64,000 nt of DNA from Polyangiaceae bacterium (GTDB lineage Bacteria > Myxococcota_A > Polyangia > Polyangiales > Polyangiaceae), in assembly GCA_044222475.1 (NCBI GenBank), contig JBGANF010000003.1, positions 64,001 through 128,000 of the forward strand. Direction: 5' to 3'. The position numbers were made by a program, and so were the translations under genes. Position 1 is the first letter of the stretch, and every line of letters begins with the position of its first letter. Shown here piece by piece: positions 1 through 8,427 of the stretch. Below the pieces are notes generated by a model that was not told where the DNA came from, did no database searches, and worked only from the letters and a program-made list of their open reading frames with translations.

Positions 1-352
1 GATCGAGATCCTCCTGGCTGCCGCTCGCCGCGGCTTCCTGCGCGTGCACGAGCTGCTCGCGGAGCTCGAGGACCTCGCCGTAGCCGGAGAGGAACGCAGA
101 GAGGACGTCGCCCTTGGCCTCGATCTCGTGCGACTGGCGGTAGTAGCCGAAGGTGGTGCCCTTCTTGATGACGACGCTCCCCTGGTCGGGTTCGATCTCC
201 TTGGCGATGAGGCGCAGGAGCGTCGATTTCCCGGCGCCGTTGGGGGCGACGAGGGCGGCGCGCTCGCCGAGGGCGAGGCTGAACGTCACGCCTTCGAAGA
301 GGGTGTCGCCGGCGTAGCCGAAGCGGACGTCGGACACCTGAAGCACGGTCAT
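1..352 (-). CDS. ABC-F family ATP-binding protein (5' part only; runs off window start)
   Basis: My translation from ATG at 352 gives MTVLQVSDVRFGYAGDTLFEGVTFSLALGERAALVAPNGAGKSTLLRLIAKEIEPDQGSVVIKKGTTFGYYRQ. This shows a Walker A (PNGAGKST), Q-loop (GYYRQ) and a helical arm typical of ABC-F. Not in the ORF track; the + ORF 44..370 is its shadow. Confidence 0.85.
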   Translation of the reverse strand, partial: MTVLQVSDVRFGYAGDTLFEGVTFSLALGERAALVAPNGAGKSTLLRLIAKEIEPDQGSVVIKKGTTFGYYRQSHEIEAKGDVLSAFLSGYGEVLELREQLVHAQEAAASGSQEDLD

Positions 353-426
353 GGCGGAGAGACGATGTAGCAGGCAATGAAAACGGGCGCACTCGCAGGT
401 TGCGTGCACTCGTGCCGGCTTGGCAG

Positions 427-518
427 GTCATCGCTCGGGAGTGGGAGCGGGAGGGGGAATGGAAGCCCACTCCGCCCCGCTCCCGCTCCCGTTCCCACTC
501 CCACTCCCGAGCGACGAC
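427..518. repeat. Intergenic inverted repeat built from GGGAGY hexamers
   Basis: Left arm GTCATCGCTCGGGAGTGGGAGCGGGAG (427-453) pairs with right arm TTCCCACTCCCACTCCCGAGCGACGAC (492-518); lies between divergent genes. Confidence 0.85.
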
Positions 519-595
519 TTTCGCGATCCGGCACTAGGGCAAGCAACCCGCGAGGCGCCTTTACTCGCTGCGCCCGCGCCGTTAGCTTCACTCCC

Positions 596-1423
596 ATGTC
601 GCTCCGCCGCACCGCCGTTCTCGCGTTCCTGTTGGTTGTATCCTGCAAGAAATCGGTCGGGGACCTCCGCACCGTCGACGTCGTGTCCGACGCGCAAGGC
701 ACGCCGTCGGCGCCGGCCAAGGTCACGCTCTCGCTCACCGCGGGCGAGCTCCACCTGGTGCCCGGCGGCGCCCACACGCTCGGCGGAAGCGTGCGGTCCA
801 ACGTGAAGGATCTGGACCCCAAGGTCGAGGACACGCCCGGCAAGGTGACGGTCGGTCAAGGCAAGGGCGACGTGGACGTGCCGGCGATCTCCGGAGACGT
901 CGTCGCCGACTGGCGGTTGACCGCCGGGCCGACGCCGATGGAGCTGTCGATCGACGCGAAGGCGGCAAAGACCGACCTCGACCTCTCCGGGCTCGCGATG
1001 AAGTCGGTCACCGTGCGCAGCGTCGCCGGCACCGTCGACCTCTCGGCCACGAAAGCGAACCCGATGGTCGCCGATCTACTCGACATCGAGACCGTCGCCG
1101 GGGCGATCACGCTGCACGACGTGGGCAACGTCAACGCGACGAAGACCCGCGTGAAGACGACCACCGGCGCGATCACGATCGACCTGGGCAAGACCGTCGA
1201 CCGCGAGTCGACGATCGACGTCGAGAACGGCACCGGGTCGATCACGATCGTCGTCCCTGCGATCGGCGCGCTCGCCGTGCTCGACGGCACCTGCGCGGTG
1301 AAGGCGACCGGCTGGGACAAGGTCGGCGATCAGAAGTACACGGTGAAGGGGAACCTCGCGGCGAAGGTCACGTTCAACGTGAAGTGCACGACCGGAGCGC
1401 TCACCCTGACCGCGCCGGAGTGA
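596..1423 (+). CDS. Lipoprotein with DUF4097/toast-rack-like beta-strand repeats
   Basis: Start reassigned to ATG 596 (MSLRRTAVLAFLLVVSC lipobox; TAGCTT box 7 nt upstream). Repeated 'T/SxxGxITI' beta motifs. Confidence 0.7.
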   Translation: MSLRRTAVLAFLLVVSCKKSVGDLRTVDVVSDAQGTPSAPAKVTLSLTAGELHLVPGGAHTLGGSVRSNVKDLDPKVEDTPGKVTVGQGKGDVDVPAISGDVVADWRLTAGPTPMELSIDAKAAKTDLDLSGLAMKSVTVRSVAGTVDLSATKANPMVADLLDIETVAGAITLHDVGNVNATKTRVKTTTGAITIDLGKTVDRESTIDVENGTGSITIVVPAIGALAVLDGTCAVKATGWDKVGDQKYTVKGNLAAKVTFNVKCTTGALTLTAPE

Positions 1424-1484
1424 CGCTCGCGGCGCTGGTCGCCGACAAACTCGCCTGAAGCGCCCCGCGATCGTACGATGGGGG

Positions 1485-2456
1485 GTGTTTCGAGACGACG
1501 AGCACACGAAGGTCGCGATGGCGTCCGAGCACGATCCGTTCCCTCCCGGGACGATCGTGCAGTCGCGCTACCTCATCGAAGGCGTGCTCGGCCGCGGCGG
1601 GATGAGCGTCGTCTACATCGCGCGGCACGACGCGTTGAACCGCACCGTCGCGCTCAAGGTCCCCACGAGCCCCAGCTCGTCGCGCGAGCGCGCGCGCTTC
1701 CTGCGCGAGGCGCGCGCGGCCGCGGCGATTCAGCACCCCAACGTCTGCCGCATCTTCGACTACGGCGAGCAGGACGGGCTGCCGTTCCTCGTCATGGAGT
1801 ACCTCGACGGCCGCACCCTTCTCGACTGGATGATCGAGGAGGACACGTTCCGTCCCGAAGACGCGGTCGGCGTCGCCCGTCAGATCCTCGCCGCGCTCGG
1901 CGCCGCGCACGCGACGGGCTTCCTCCACCGCGACGTGAAGCCGGCCAACGTGATCCTCAAGGGCGAGCCGCCCAAGGTGAAGCTCGTCGACTTCGGGCTC
2001 GCGAAGCCGCTGTCTCCGCGCCCGAGCGATCCCACGCTCACCGCGACCGGCGTCACCGTCGGCACGCGACCGTACATGTCACCCGAGCAGCTCAAGGGTC
2101 GCCGCGACCTCGACGTGCGGTGCGACGTCTACGCGGTGGGCGCGGTGCTCTTCCACATGCTCTCGGGCAAGCTCCCCTTCCCTGGCGACGGGCTCGAGCT
2201 CGCGCTGGAGATCGCGACCGGGAGTCACCTCGATCTCGGCGATCTCGTCCCCGAGCTGCCGCCCGCGCTCGTCCACGCGGTGCACAAGGCGATCCGCGTC
2301 CAGCGCGACGATCGGTTCCCGAACACCGTCGCCTTCGCCGAGGCGCTGCGCGCCGCGGTGTTCGGCGATCCGACGCCGCCGCAGGACTCGAACGCGCGGC
2401 TCAAGGCGATCCTCTCGCATCAAGACGAGAACTCGAGACGCCGCCGGCGAACGTGA
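1485..2456 (+). CDS. Hanks-type Ser/Thr protein kinase (cytoplasmic)
   Basis: GRGGMS, VALK, HRDVKPAN, DFG, GTRPYMSPEQ, DVYAVG motifs. Confidence 0.95.
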   Translation: MFRDDEHTKVAMASEHDPFPPGTIVQSRYLIEGVLGRGGMSVVYIARHDALNRTVALKVPTSPSSSRERARFLREARAAAAIQHPNVCRIFDYGEQDGLPFLVMEYLDGRTLLDWMIEEDTFRPEDAVGVARQILAALGAAHATGFLHRDVKPANVILKGEPPKVKLVDFGLAKPLSPRPSDPTLTATGVTVGTRPYMSPEQLKGRRDLDVRCDVYAVGAVLFHMLSGKLPFPGDGLELALEIATGSHLDLGDLVPELPPALVHAVHKAIRVQRDDRFPNTVAFAEALRAAVFGDPTPPQDSNARLKAILSHQDENSRRRRRT

Positions 2457-2545
2457 GGGCGCCCCGGACTGAGGTCCGAGGACTCATCGCATGTCTTGAT
2501 TCTCCGGCGATTCATGGCGCCCCGGACTTCAGTCCGGGGCGCTCA
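2454..2545. repeat. Inverted doublet of a REP-like palindrome (CCCCGGACTTCAGTCCGGGG)
   Basis: Copy 2517-2545 GCGCCCCGGACTTCAGTCCGGGGCGCTCA, plus a degenerate inverted copy at 2454-2483, between convergent genes. A third copy is at 31492-31520. Confidence 0.85.
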
Positions 2546-2563
2546 AAACGAGAAGCGACGCCA

Positions 2564-3862
2564 TCACCGCACCGCCGCCGCCAACAGCGCCACCGTCTCC
2601 TCGAACGCGACCCGATCCTTCGGATCCTGCCTCAACAGCTGCTCGATCCTCGGCATCTTCGCGATCGCTTCGTCGAGCTCCTTGTCCGAGCCCTTCGCGT
2701 ACGCCCCGAGCATCACGAGATCGCGCTTCGCCTCGTAGGTACCGACCAGCGCGCGCAGCTTCCGCGCCGAGGCCTCGTGCGCCTCGCTCACGATGCCGCT
2801 CATCACGCGCGAGAGCGACGCCGTGACGTCGACCGCGGGGTACCGCCCTCGCGCCGCGATCGCGCGATCGAGGACGACGTGGCCGTCGAGCACGCCGCGC
2901 ACCTCGTCGGCGATGGGCTCGTCCATGTCGCCGCCTTCGACGAGAACCGTGTAGATTGCAGTGATCGATCCGCGCTCGCCCTGACCCGACCGCTCGAGCA
3001 GGCGGGGCAGCATCGCGAAGACGCTCGGCGGATAGCCGCGGCGCGCCGGCGGCTCGCCGGCCGCGAGCCCGACCTCGCGCTGAGCGCGCGCGAACCGCGT
3101 GACGGAGTCGACGAGGAGCATCACGCGCTTGCCCTTGTCGCGGAAGAACTCGGCGTAGGCGGTCGCCACTTGCGCCGCTCGCAGACGCTCGAGCGCGGCG
3201 ACGTCGCTCGTGGCCACGACGACCACGCTGCGGGCGCGGCCTTCGGGCCCGAGCGAGTGATCGAGGAACTCGCTGACCTCGCGCCCGCGCTCGCCGACGA
3301 GCGCGACGACGACCACGTCTGCGTCGACGCCGCGCGCGATCGCACCGAGCAGCGTGCTCTTTCCCACGCCGGATCCGGCGAAGAGACCGACGCGCTGGCC
3401 TTCGCCCAACGTGAGCAAGCCGTCGAGCACGCGCACGCCGGTCGCGATGGGCCGATCGACCGGGCGACGCGCGAGCGCCGGCGGCGGATCGCGATCGACC
3501 GCCACCGAGAGCCCCGAGTCAATCGCGCCGCGACCGTCGATCGGGCGGCCGAGACCATCGACGACGCGCCCGAGGAGCGCGTCGCTCGCGCGCACGACGA
3601 ACGGGCCGCCGGTCGCCTCGACGGGATCGTCGGGGCCGACCCCCGCGAGCGCGCCGAGCGGCATCGCGACCGCCTCGCCCTCGATGAAGCCGACGATCTC
3701 GCACGGGAGCGGCTCACCGCGACGGCGCACGATCACGACGTCGCCGACGCGCACGCCGGGGAGGATGCAGCGCAGCGCGAGCCCGGTGACCGCGCGCACG
3801 CGACCCGTCGCCCGAAGCGCAGGCGTCGCCGCGAGCCGGGCGCGGAGCGCCTCTTCGTCCAT
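2564..3862 (-). CDS. sctN: FliI/YscN (SctN) family type III secretion ATPase
   Basis: GQRVGLFAGSGVGKST Walker A, GERGREV, DSVTRFARAQREVGLAAGEPPARRGYPPS, DEVRGVLDGHVVL, YPAVDVTASLSR. Confidence 0.93.
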   Translation of the reverse strand: MDEEALRARLAATPALRATGRVRAVTGLALRCILPGVRVGDVVIVRRRGEPLPCEIVGFIEGEAVAMPLGALAGVGPDDPVEATGGPFVVRASDALLGRVVDGLGRPIDGRGAIDSGLSVAVDRDPPPALARRPVDRPIATGVRVLDGLLTLGEGQRVGLFAGSGVGKSTLLGAIARGVDADVVVVALVGERGREVSEFLDHSLGPEGRARSVVVVATSDVAALERLRAAQVATAYAEFFRDKGKRVMLLVDSVTRFARAQREVGLAAGEPPARRGYPPSVFAMLPRLLERSGQGERGSITAIYTVLVEGGDMDEPIADEVRGVLDGHVVLDRAIAARGRYPAVDVTASLSRVMSGIVSEAHEASARKLRALVGTYEAKRDLVMLGAYAKGSDKELDEAIAKMPRIEQLLRQDPKDRVAFEETVALLAAAVR

Positions 3863-3872
3863 CAGACGCTCA

Positions 3873-5003
3873 TCACTCGGCCACGGCGCGGTCGGTGCCG
3901 GGCTTCTGATTTGCGAGCTCGCCCTCTAGCTCGCCCTCTAGCTCGCGGAGCAGCTCCTTCGCGCGCGGCGAGAGCTCGGTGGGCACCATCACCTGCACGA
4001 CGACGAGGAGCGAACCGCGACCGCGACCGTCGAGGCGAGGAACGCCGCGTCCCTTCAACGTGAAGACGTGGTTCGGTTGGGTGCCGGCGGGGACTTGAAC
4101 GGTGACCGTGACGGGCGCGCCGTCTTTCTCCGGGTCGAGTGTGGTGACGGTCACCTCTTTGCCGAGCGAAACGTCGACGAGGGAGACCTGCACGCGGGTG
4201 ACGAGATCCACTCCGTCGCGCTCGAACTTGGGATCCTCCTCGACGTCGACCTCGACGTAGAGATCGCCCGCGCCGTTGGGACCCGGCAGCCCCTGACCCG
4301 GTACGCGCAGCCGTTGACCGCCGTCGATGCCGGCGGGGAACGTGACCGTCACCGTCTTCGGCTTGGCGACGACGCCTTCACCGCCACACGGCTTGCAGCG
4401 CGTCTTGATGATCGTGCCGCGACCCCCGCAGCGCGCGCACGGCGCGGTGAACATGACGAAGCCACGCGCGTTCGAGACCTGTCCGGTGCCGCGGCACCCG
4501 CTGCACGTCTCGGGCTTGGTGTCTTTGGCGGCGCCGGAGCCTTCGCAGTCGTCGCAGCGGGCCGGCACTTGGACCGTCACCTCGCGCTTGCAGCCGAAGC
4601 ACGCCTCGCGAAGGGTGAGCCGCTGCTGCAGCTGAAGATCGCCGCCGCGCCGCTGCCCGCGCTGACCGAACCCGAAGCCGCCCGAGAACATCTCGGTGAA
4701 GATGTCCTGCATGTGGGCGAACATGTCGCCGACGCCGCCGAAGCCCTGACCGCCCATGCTCCCGTCGAAGCCGGCGTGGCCGAAGCGGTCGTAAATCTCG
4801 CGCTTCTGCTCGTCCGAGAGGACCTGATAGGCCTCGTTCACGGCCTTGAATTTGTTCTCCGCCGCGGCGTCCCCGGGGTTCCGATCGGGGTGGTGCTTCA
4901 GCGCTTCGCGCTTGTAGGCCTTCCGCACCTCGTCCACGGTCGCCTCGCGAGCAACACCCAACACCTCGTAGTAACAAGTCTTTTCGGCGCGTTCTTCGGA
5001 CAT
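3873..5003 (-). CDS. dnaJ: Chaperone DnaJ (class A)
   Basis: J domain with HPD, G/F region, four CxxCxGxG zinc motifs, C-terminal domain. Start reassigned to ATG 5003 (MSEERAEKTCYYEVLG). Confidence 0.95.
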   Translation of the reverse strand: MSEERAEKTCYYEVLGVAREATVDEVRKAYKREALKHHPDRNPGDAAAENKFKAVNEAYQVLSDEQKREIYDRFGHAGFDGSMGGQGFGGVGDMFAHMQDIFTEMFSGGFGFGQRGQRRGGDLQLQQRLTLREACFGCKREVTVQVPARCDDCEGSGAAKDTKPETCSGCRGTGQVSNARGFVMFTAPCARCGGRGTIIKTRCKPCGGEGVVAKPKTVTVTFPAGIDGGQRLRVPGQGLPGPNGAGDLYVEVDVEEDPKFERDGVDLVTRVQVSLVDVSLGKEVTVTTLDPEKDGAPVTVTVQVPAGTQPNHVFTLKGRGVPRLDGRGRGSLLVVVQVMVPTELSPRAKELLRELEGELEGELANQKPGTDRAVAE

Positions 5004-5092
5004 GGCGAGGGTGCTTGGAGTCCAGCTCGGTGGGGCCTTCCGCGCCCGCATCGGCAACGTAAGTTACCGAATGGACATGTCAACGCCGACGA

Positions 5093-5986
5093 TCAGGGGC
5101 CCAACTTGAAGCCCCACCGCTGCGCGAGGTGGATCTCGAGCCGCTTGCGGTTCAGGGGCGTGAGCGCGGCCGCGTAGAAGAGGACCTCTCCGACGATCGC
5201 GTCGGTGAAGTACTGCGAGCCCACGGTGAACGGCGACCCGCCGAGGTAGAGCGTCTGATCCGGGAGGTCGACCCGCTGGCTCGTCACCACGTCGCCCGCG
5301 ACGCCGTTGTAGAAGTACCTCGCTCCCTGGAGCTTCGCCGCTTCGTAGACGATCTCCCACACCGACCAGCGCCCGTCGTCGCTCGGCGCCTGGCCGAAGT
5401 TCTCGCCGTACATGTAGAGGCCCATGCTCTTCTTCGGATCCCCCCACGGGAAGATCGCGAACGGCGTGGAGAACCCCTGGCTCCACGACACCGCGCCGAT
5501 CGGGTTGCCCTTCGCGACGACGAAGAGCGACAGGTCCTTCCCCTTGGGTCCGGTGATGCCGGTGCTGAAGTACTGGAGCTTGGTCGAGTCGAAGCGCACG
5601 GCGCCGAGACCGTTCTGGGCTTGAGGGACGAACGACGGTGGATCGAGCGGGCCGGTGTAGACCGACGTACCGGTGCCGACGATCGTACCAACATGGGACG
5701 CCCACTTCGTGATGCCGGTTCCGCCGTCTTTCGTCGTGATGCCGTAGTCGCCGGAGAACCAGAAGCCGATGGGACCGAGGGTCATCGGGTCGACGGCGGC
5801 GTCGCCCAGATCCGCGTCGTCCGCGTCGGCCTCTCCGTCGCCGAAGGTGTTCGCCACGTCGGCGAAGGGATCGGCATCCACGCCGGCGTCCGTGGCGATC
5901 CTGGCGTCGTCGTACGACGCGCCGAGGAGCTGCGCGCAACCGGCGAGGAGCACGCTCGCGAGCGCCACGCCGGTCCACCGGCGCAT
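5093..5986 (-). CDS. Lipoprotein with LamG/concanavalin-like domain
   Basis: MRRWTGVALASVLLAGC lipobox; D/A-rich linker; C-terminal 'VGEVLFYAAALT...LAQRWG' LamG-like end. TGATG overlap with the upstream gene. Confidence 0.7.
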   Translation of the reverse strand: MRRWTGVALASVLLAGCAQLLGASYDDARIATDAGVDADPFADVANTFGDGEADADDADLGDAAVDPMTLGPIGFWFSGDYGITTKDGGTGITKWASHVGTIVGTGTSVYTGPLDPPSFVPQAQNGLGAVRFDSTKLQYFSTGITGPKGKDLSLFVVAKGNPIGAVSWSQGFSTPFAIFPWGDPKKSMGLYMYGENFGQAPSDDGRWSVWEIVYEAAKLQGARYFYNGVAGDVVTSQRVDLPDQTLYLGGSPFTVGSQYFTDAIVGEVLFYAAALTPLNRKRLEIHLAQRWGFKLGP

Positions 5987-6924
5987 CAGAAGGCCCCCTG
6001 GAGCGAGAGGTTGCCGGGGCCGACCGCAGCGGTGACGGTGGTCGCCCCGATCCGCGTGCTCCACACGAACAGGCCGACCCCGGCTGCCGCGAGCCCGATG
6101 CCGGTGAGGAAGAACGCGGTGCTCACCGTCGCCCACGAGCGCCCGCTCTGCGCCGCGTCGTAGCCGGTGAGGTTGCAGAGGTTCGTCGCGTCGCAGTTCG
6201 CCTCCTGCACGCTCTTCCGCTCGATCGCGACGACCCCCGCCGCGGTGCCGACCCACAGCGAGACGATCGACACGCCGAACGCGGCGAACGCGCTCGCGCG
6301 AAGCACGGTGCGAGCGGTCTGGTGTTTCTCCTCCGGAGGCGCGGTGGGAAGGACGCTCTCGAGCTCGTCGCCGGGCGTCACGTCGAACGTGCGCTCTTGG
6401 CCCGAGTCGAACGTGAGCTCGTAGCGCGTCCCTCGATGACCCACCGCGGTGACGAGGACGATGTGCTTCGCCGCGGTCACGAACATCGGCGTCGTGCGCG
6501 ACGTGTCGTAGTGCGCGCCGTCGACGCTCACCGTGGTGCCCGGCGGTGCCGACGATGCAAGGTGAAGCGAGAGCTTCCCCGAGACGGCTTCGATCTTGTC
6601 GATGCGCTGGAGCAAGATCGGGAGCCGATCGTCGTTGGCCGCCATGCGCGAGCGCGCCGCGTCGAAATAGTCGTACGCCGCTTGGACGTCCCCCAGGCGC
6701 TCGCTGCAGTCGCCGAGGTTGAGGAGCGTGCCGACCGCGGGTTCGAGCCGGTAGCTCGCGGTGAAGAGCTTGCAGGCACCGGCGGCGTCGCCCTTCTCCG
6801 CGGCGCGGCGGCCTTGTTGGAAGAGTGCGTCGGCTTGAGTCGTCGCCGGAGTGGCCTCGGCGCGGATCGTGAAGACCACGAGGCCGAGCGCGATGAGACC
6901 AGCTAGTTGCGCCGGTCGAGCCAC
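5986..6924 (-). CDS. TPR + PEGA-like membrane protein (myxobacterial kinase partner)
   Basis: Signal peptide, 'ADALFQQGR...ACKLFTASYRLEPAVGTLLNLGDC' TPR, PEGA-like 'VSVDG', C-terminal hydrophobic helices ending LQGAF. GTG start at 6924 overlaps the kinase end. Confidence 0.8.
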   Translation of the reverse strand: MARPAQLAGLIALGLVVFTIRAEATPATTQADALFQQGRRAAEKGDAAGACKLFTASYRLEPAVGTLLNLGDCSERLGDVQAAYDYFDAARSRMAANDDRLPILLQRIDKIEAVSGKLSLHLASSAPPGTTVSVDGAHYDTSRTTPMFVTAAKHIVLVTAVGHRGTRYELTFDSGQERTFDVTPGDELESVLPTAPPEEKHQTARTVLRASAFAAFGVSIVSLWVGTAAGVVAIERKSVQEANCDATNLCNLTGYDAAQSGRSWATVSTAFFLTGIGLAAAGVGLFVWSTRIGATTVTAAVGPGNLSLQGAF

Positions 6925-8330
6925 GTATTCTTTCCGGCAGTGGTGGCGGGACGCGCCGGTTGAACGGCGTGGGGCGACGGCGACGGCGCGGCGGTGGACG
7001 CCGTCGGGAGCGCGCTGACGGCGACGGTCGGCACCGCGGACACGGATGCGGAGGGCTCTGCGGTCACCGTGGCCACCGGCACCGTCGCGGACGGACGCTC
7101 GGTTTGCGCGACCGGGAGCGAGGCGCTCGACGCGGCCGCTTTCGGAGGCGTGCGCAGCGCGAAGAAGGCCACGCCGACGACGAGCGACGCGGCGACCGCG
7201 CCCACCGCGATGGCGAGCGCCATCCGCGTGCGACTGCGGGGCTCGTCGGCCATGACCATCGGTCCCAGCGTGGGATTGCGCGCGCTCTCGGCGGCGGGCG
7301 GAACGCGAACGCTGATCTCGGTCGGTGCTTGGCGCTGCTGGGCGGCGAGCGGGAGCGCGTCGCTCGTCGGCGGCGGCGCGATGGGGATCGGGATCGCCGG
7401 CGTGGGCGGACGCGCGAGGTTGAAGCCTGGTGGGAGCTTGCCGCCCCACGAGATCGCCTCGATCGCATCGCGGAGGGCTTGCTGCATCGCGCGCGCGTCC
7501 GGGTAACGCGCGCCCTTCGTGTACTCGAGCGATCGATCGATGACGTCGACGAGCGGCGTCGGCACGCCGGACGTCACCTGAGCGAGCGAGGGCGCCGGCA
7601 ACGTCGCCGCCGCGACGAGCTGCTCGTTCGCGGTCTCCGCCGTGTGCACCACGCGCCCGGCGAGGAGATAGAAGAGCGTCGCCCCGACCGCCCACACGTC
7701 CGACGTGGCGTCCATCTCGTTCGCGCGTCCGCGCGCTTGCTCGGGAGGCATGAACGCGGGCGTCCCCATCATCGCGCCGTTCTTCGTCTCGGTGGTCGCG
7801 GCTTGGTCGATGACCCTGGCGATGCCGAAGTCGAGCAGGATGACGCGCTGATCGTTCGTGAGGAACACGTTCTCGGGCTTGATGTCGCGGTGGATGATGC
7901 CGCGCGAGTGCGCCGCCGCGAGGACGTCGAGGATCGCGTCGCCGATGCCGGCGACGTCTTGGGGGAGGAGCTTCCCGCCGCTGCGCTCCGCGCGCTGATC
8001 CGCGGTCTCTCCTTCGAGGAGATCCATCACGAGGAACGCCGAGCCGTCCTCCGCGGTGTCGTCGTCGAGGACGCGCGGCACGCCGGGGTGGCCGACGGTG
8101 TTCGCGACGTAGCCCTCGCGCGCGAACCGTTTGCGCACCTCTTCGTTCACCGAGAGCTGCGGGTGGAGCATCTTCAGCGCGACGCGGGCGCTGTTCTTGA
8201 CGTGGATGGCTTCGTAGACGGCGGCCATGCCGCCGAGACCGAGGAGCTTCTCCACACGCCACTTCCCGCAGACGACCTTTCCCAGTCGCGCACGCGCGAG
8301 GTCGAGCACCGAGTTGTGGAGTTGGCTCAT
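6903..8330 (-). CDS. Membrane-anchored Ser/Thr protein kinase
   Basis: GLGGMA, VALK, HRDIKPEN, DFG, GTPAFMPPEQ; Pro-rich linker, one TM helix, S/A/T-rich tail. Confidence 0.95.
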   Translation of the reverse strand: MSQLHNSVLDLARARLGKVVCGKWRVEKLLGLGGMAAVYEAIHVKNSARVALKMLHPQLSVNEEVRKRFAREGYVANTVGHPGVPRVLDDDTAEDGSAFLVMDLLEGETADQRAERSGGKLLPQDVAGIGDAILDVLAAAHSRGIIHRDIKPENVFLTNDQRVILLDFGIARVIDQAATTETKNGAMMGTPAFMPPEQARGRANEMDATSDVWAVGATLFYLLAGRVVHTAETANEQLVAAATLPAPSLAQVTSGVPTPLVDVIDRSLEYTKGARYPDARAMQQALRDAIEAISWGGKLPPGFNLARPPTPAIPIPIAPPPTSDALPLAAQQRQAPTEISVRVPPAAESARNPTLGPMVMADEPRSRTRMALAIAVGAVAASLVVGVAFFALRTPPKAAASSASLPVAQTERPSATVPVATVTAEPSASVSAVPTVAVSALPTASTAAPSPSPHAVQPARPATTAGKNTWLDRRN

Positions 8331-8427
8331 GGCGTTCGGAATCAGTCTCCCCGCCCAAACGATCATGATAGCGGACTTCCGCCCGCCTGAATCGGTGGAC
8401 AGAGGTGCGAGGGTAGCGCCCTCGCAC

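Noticed and set aside
44..370. 108-aa plus ORF
   Set aside because: Antisense to the ABC-F gene, which carries the real motifs.
2454..2545. CRISPR repeat-spacer unit
   Set aside because: The two copies are inverted rather than direct, there is no array, and no cas genes are present.
3917..3945. 12-bp tandem duplication GCTCGCCCTCTA
   Set aside because: In-frame ELEG duplication in the variable DnaJ tail; no sign of function.
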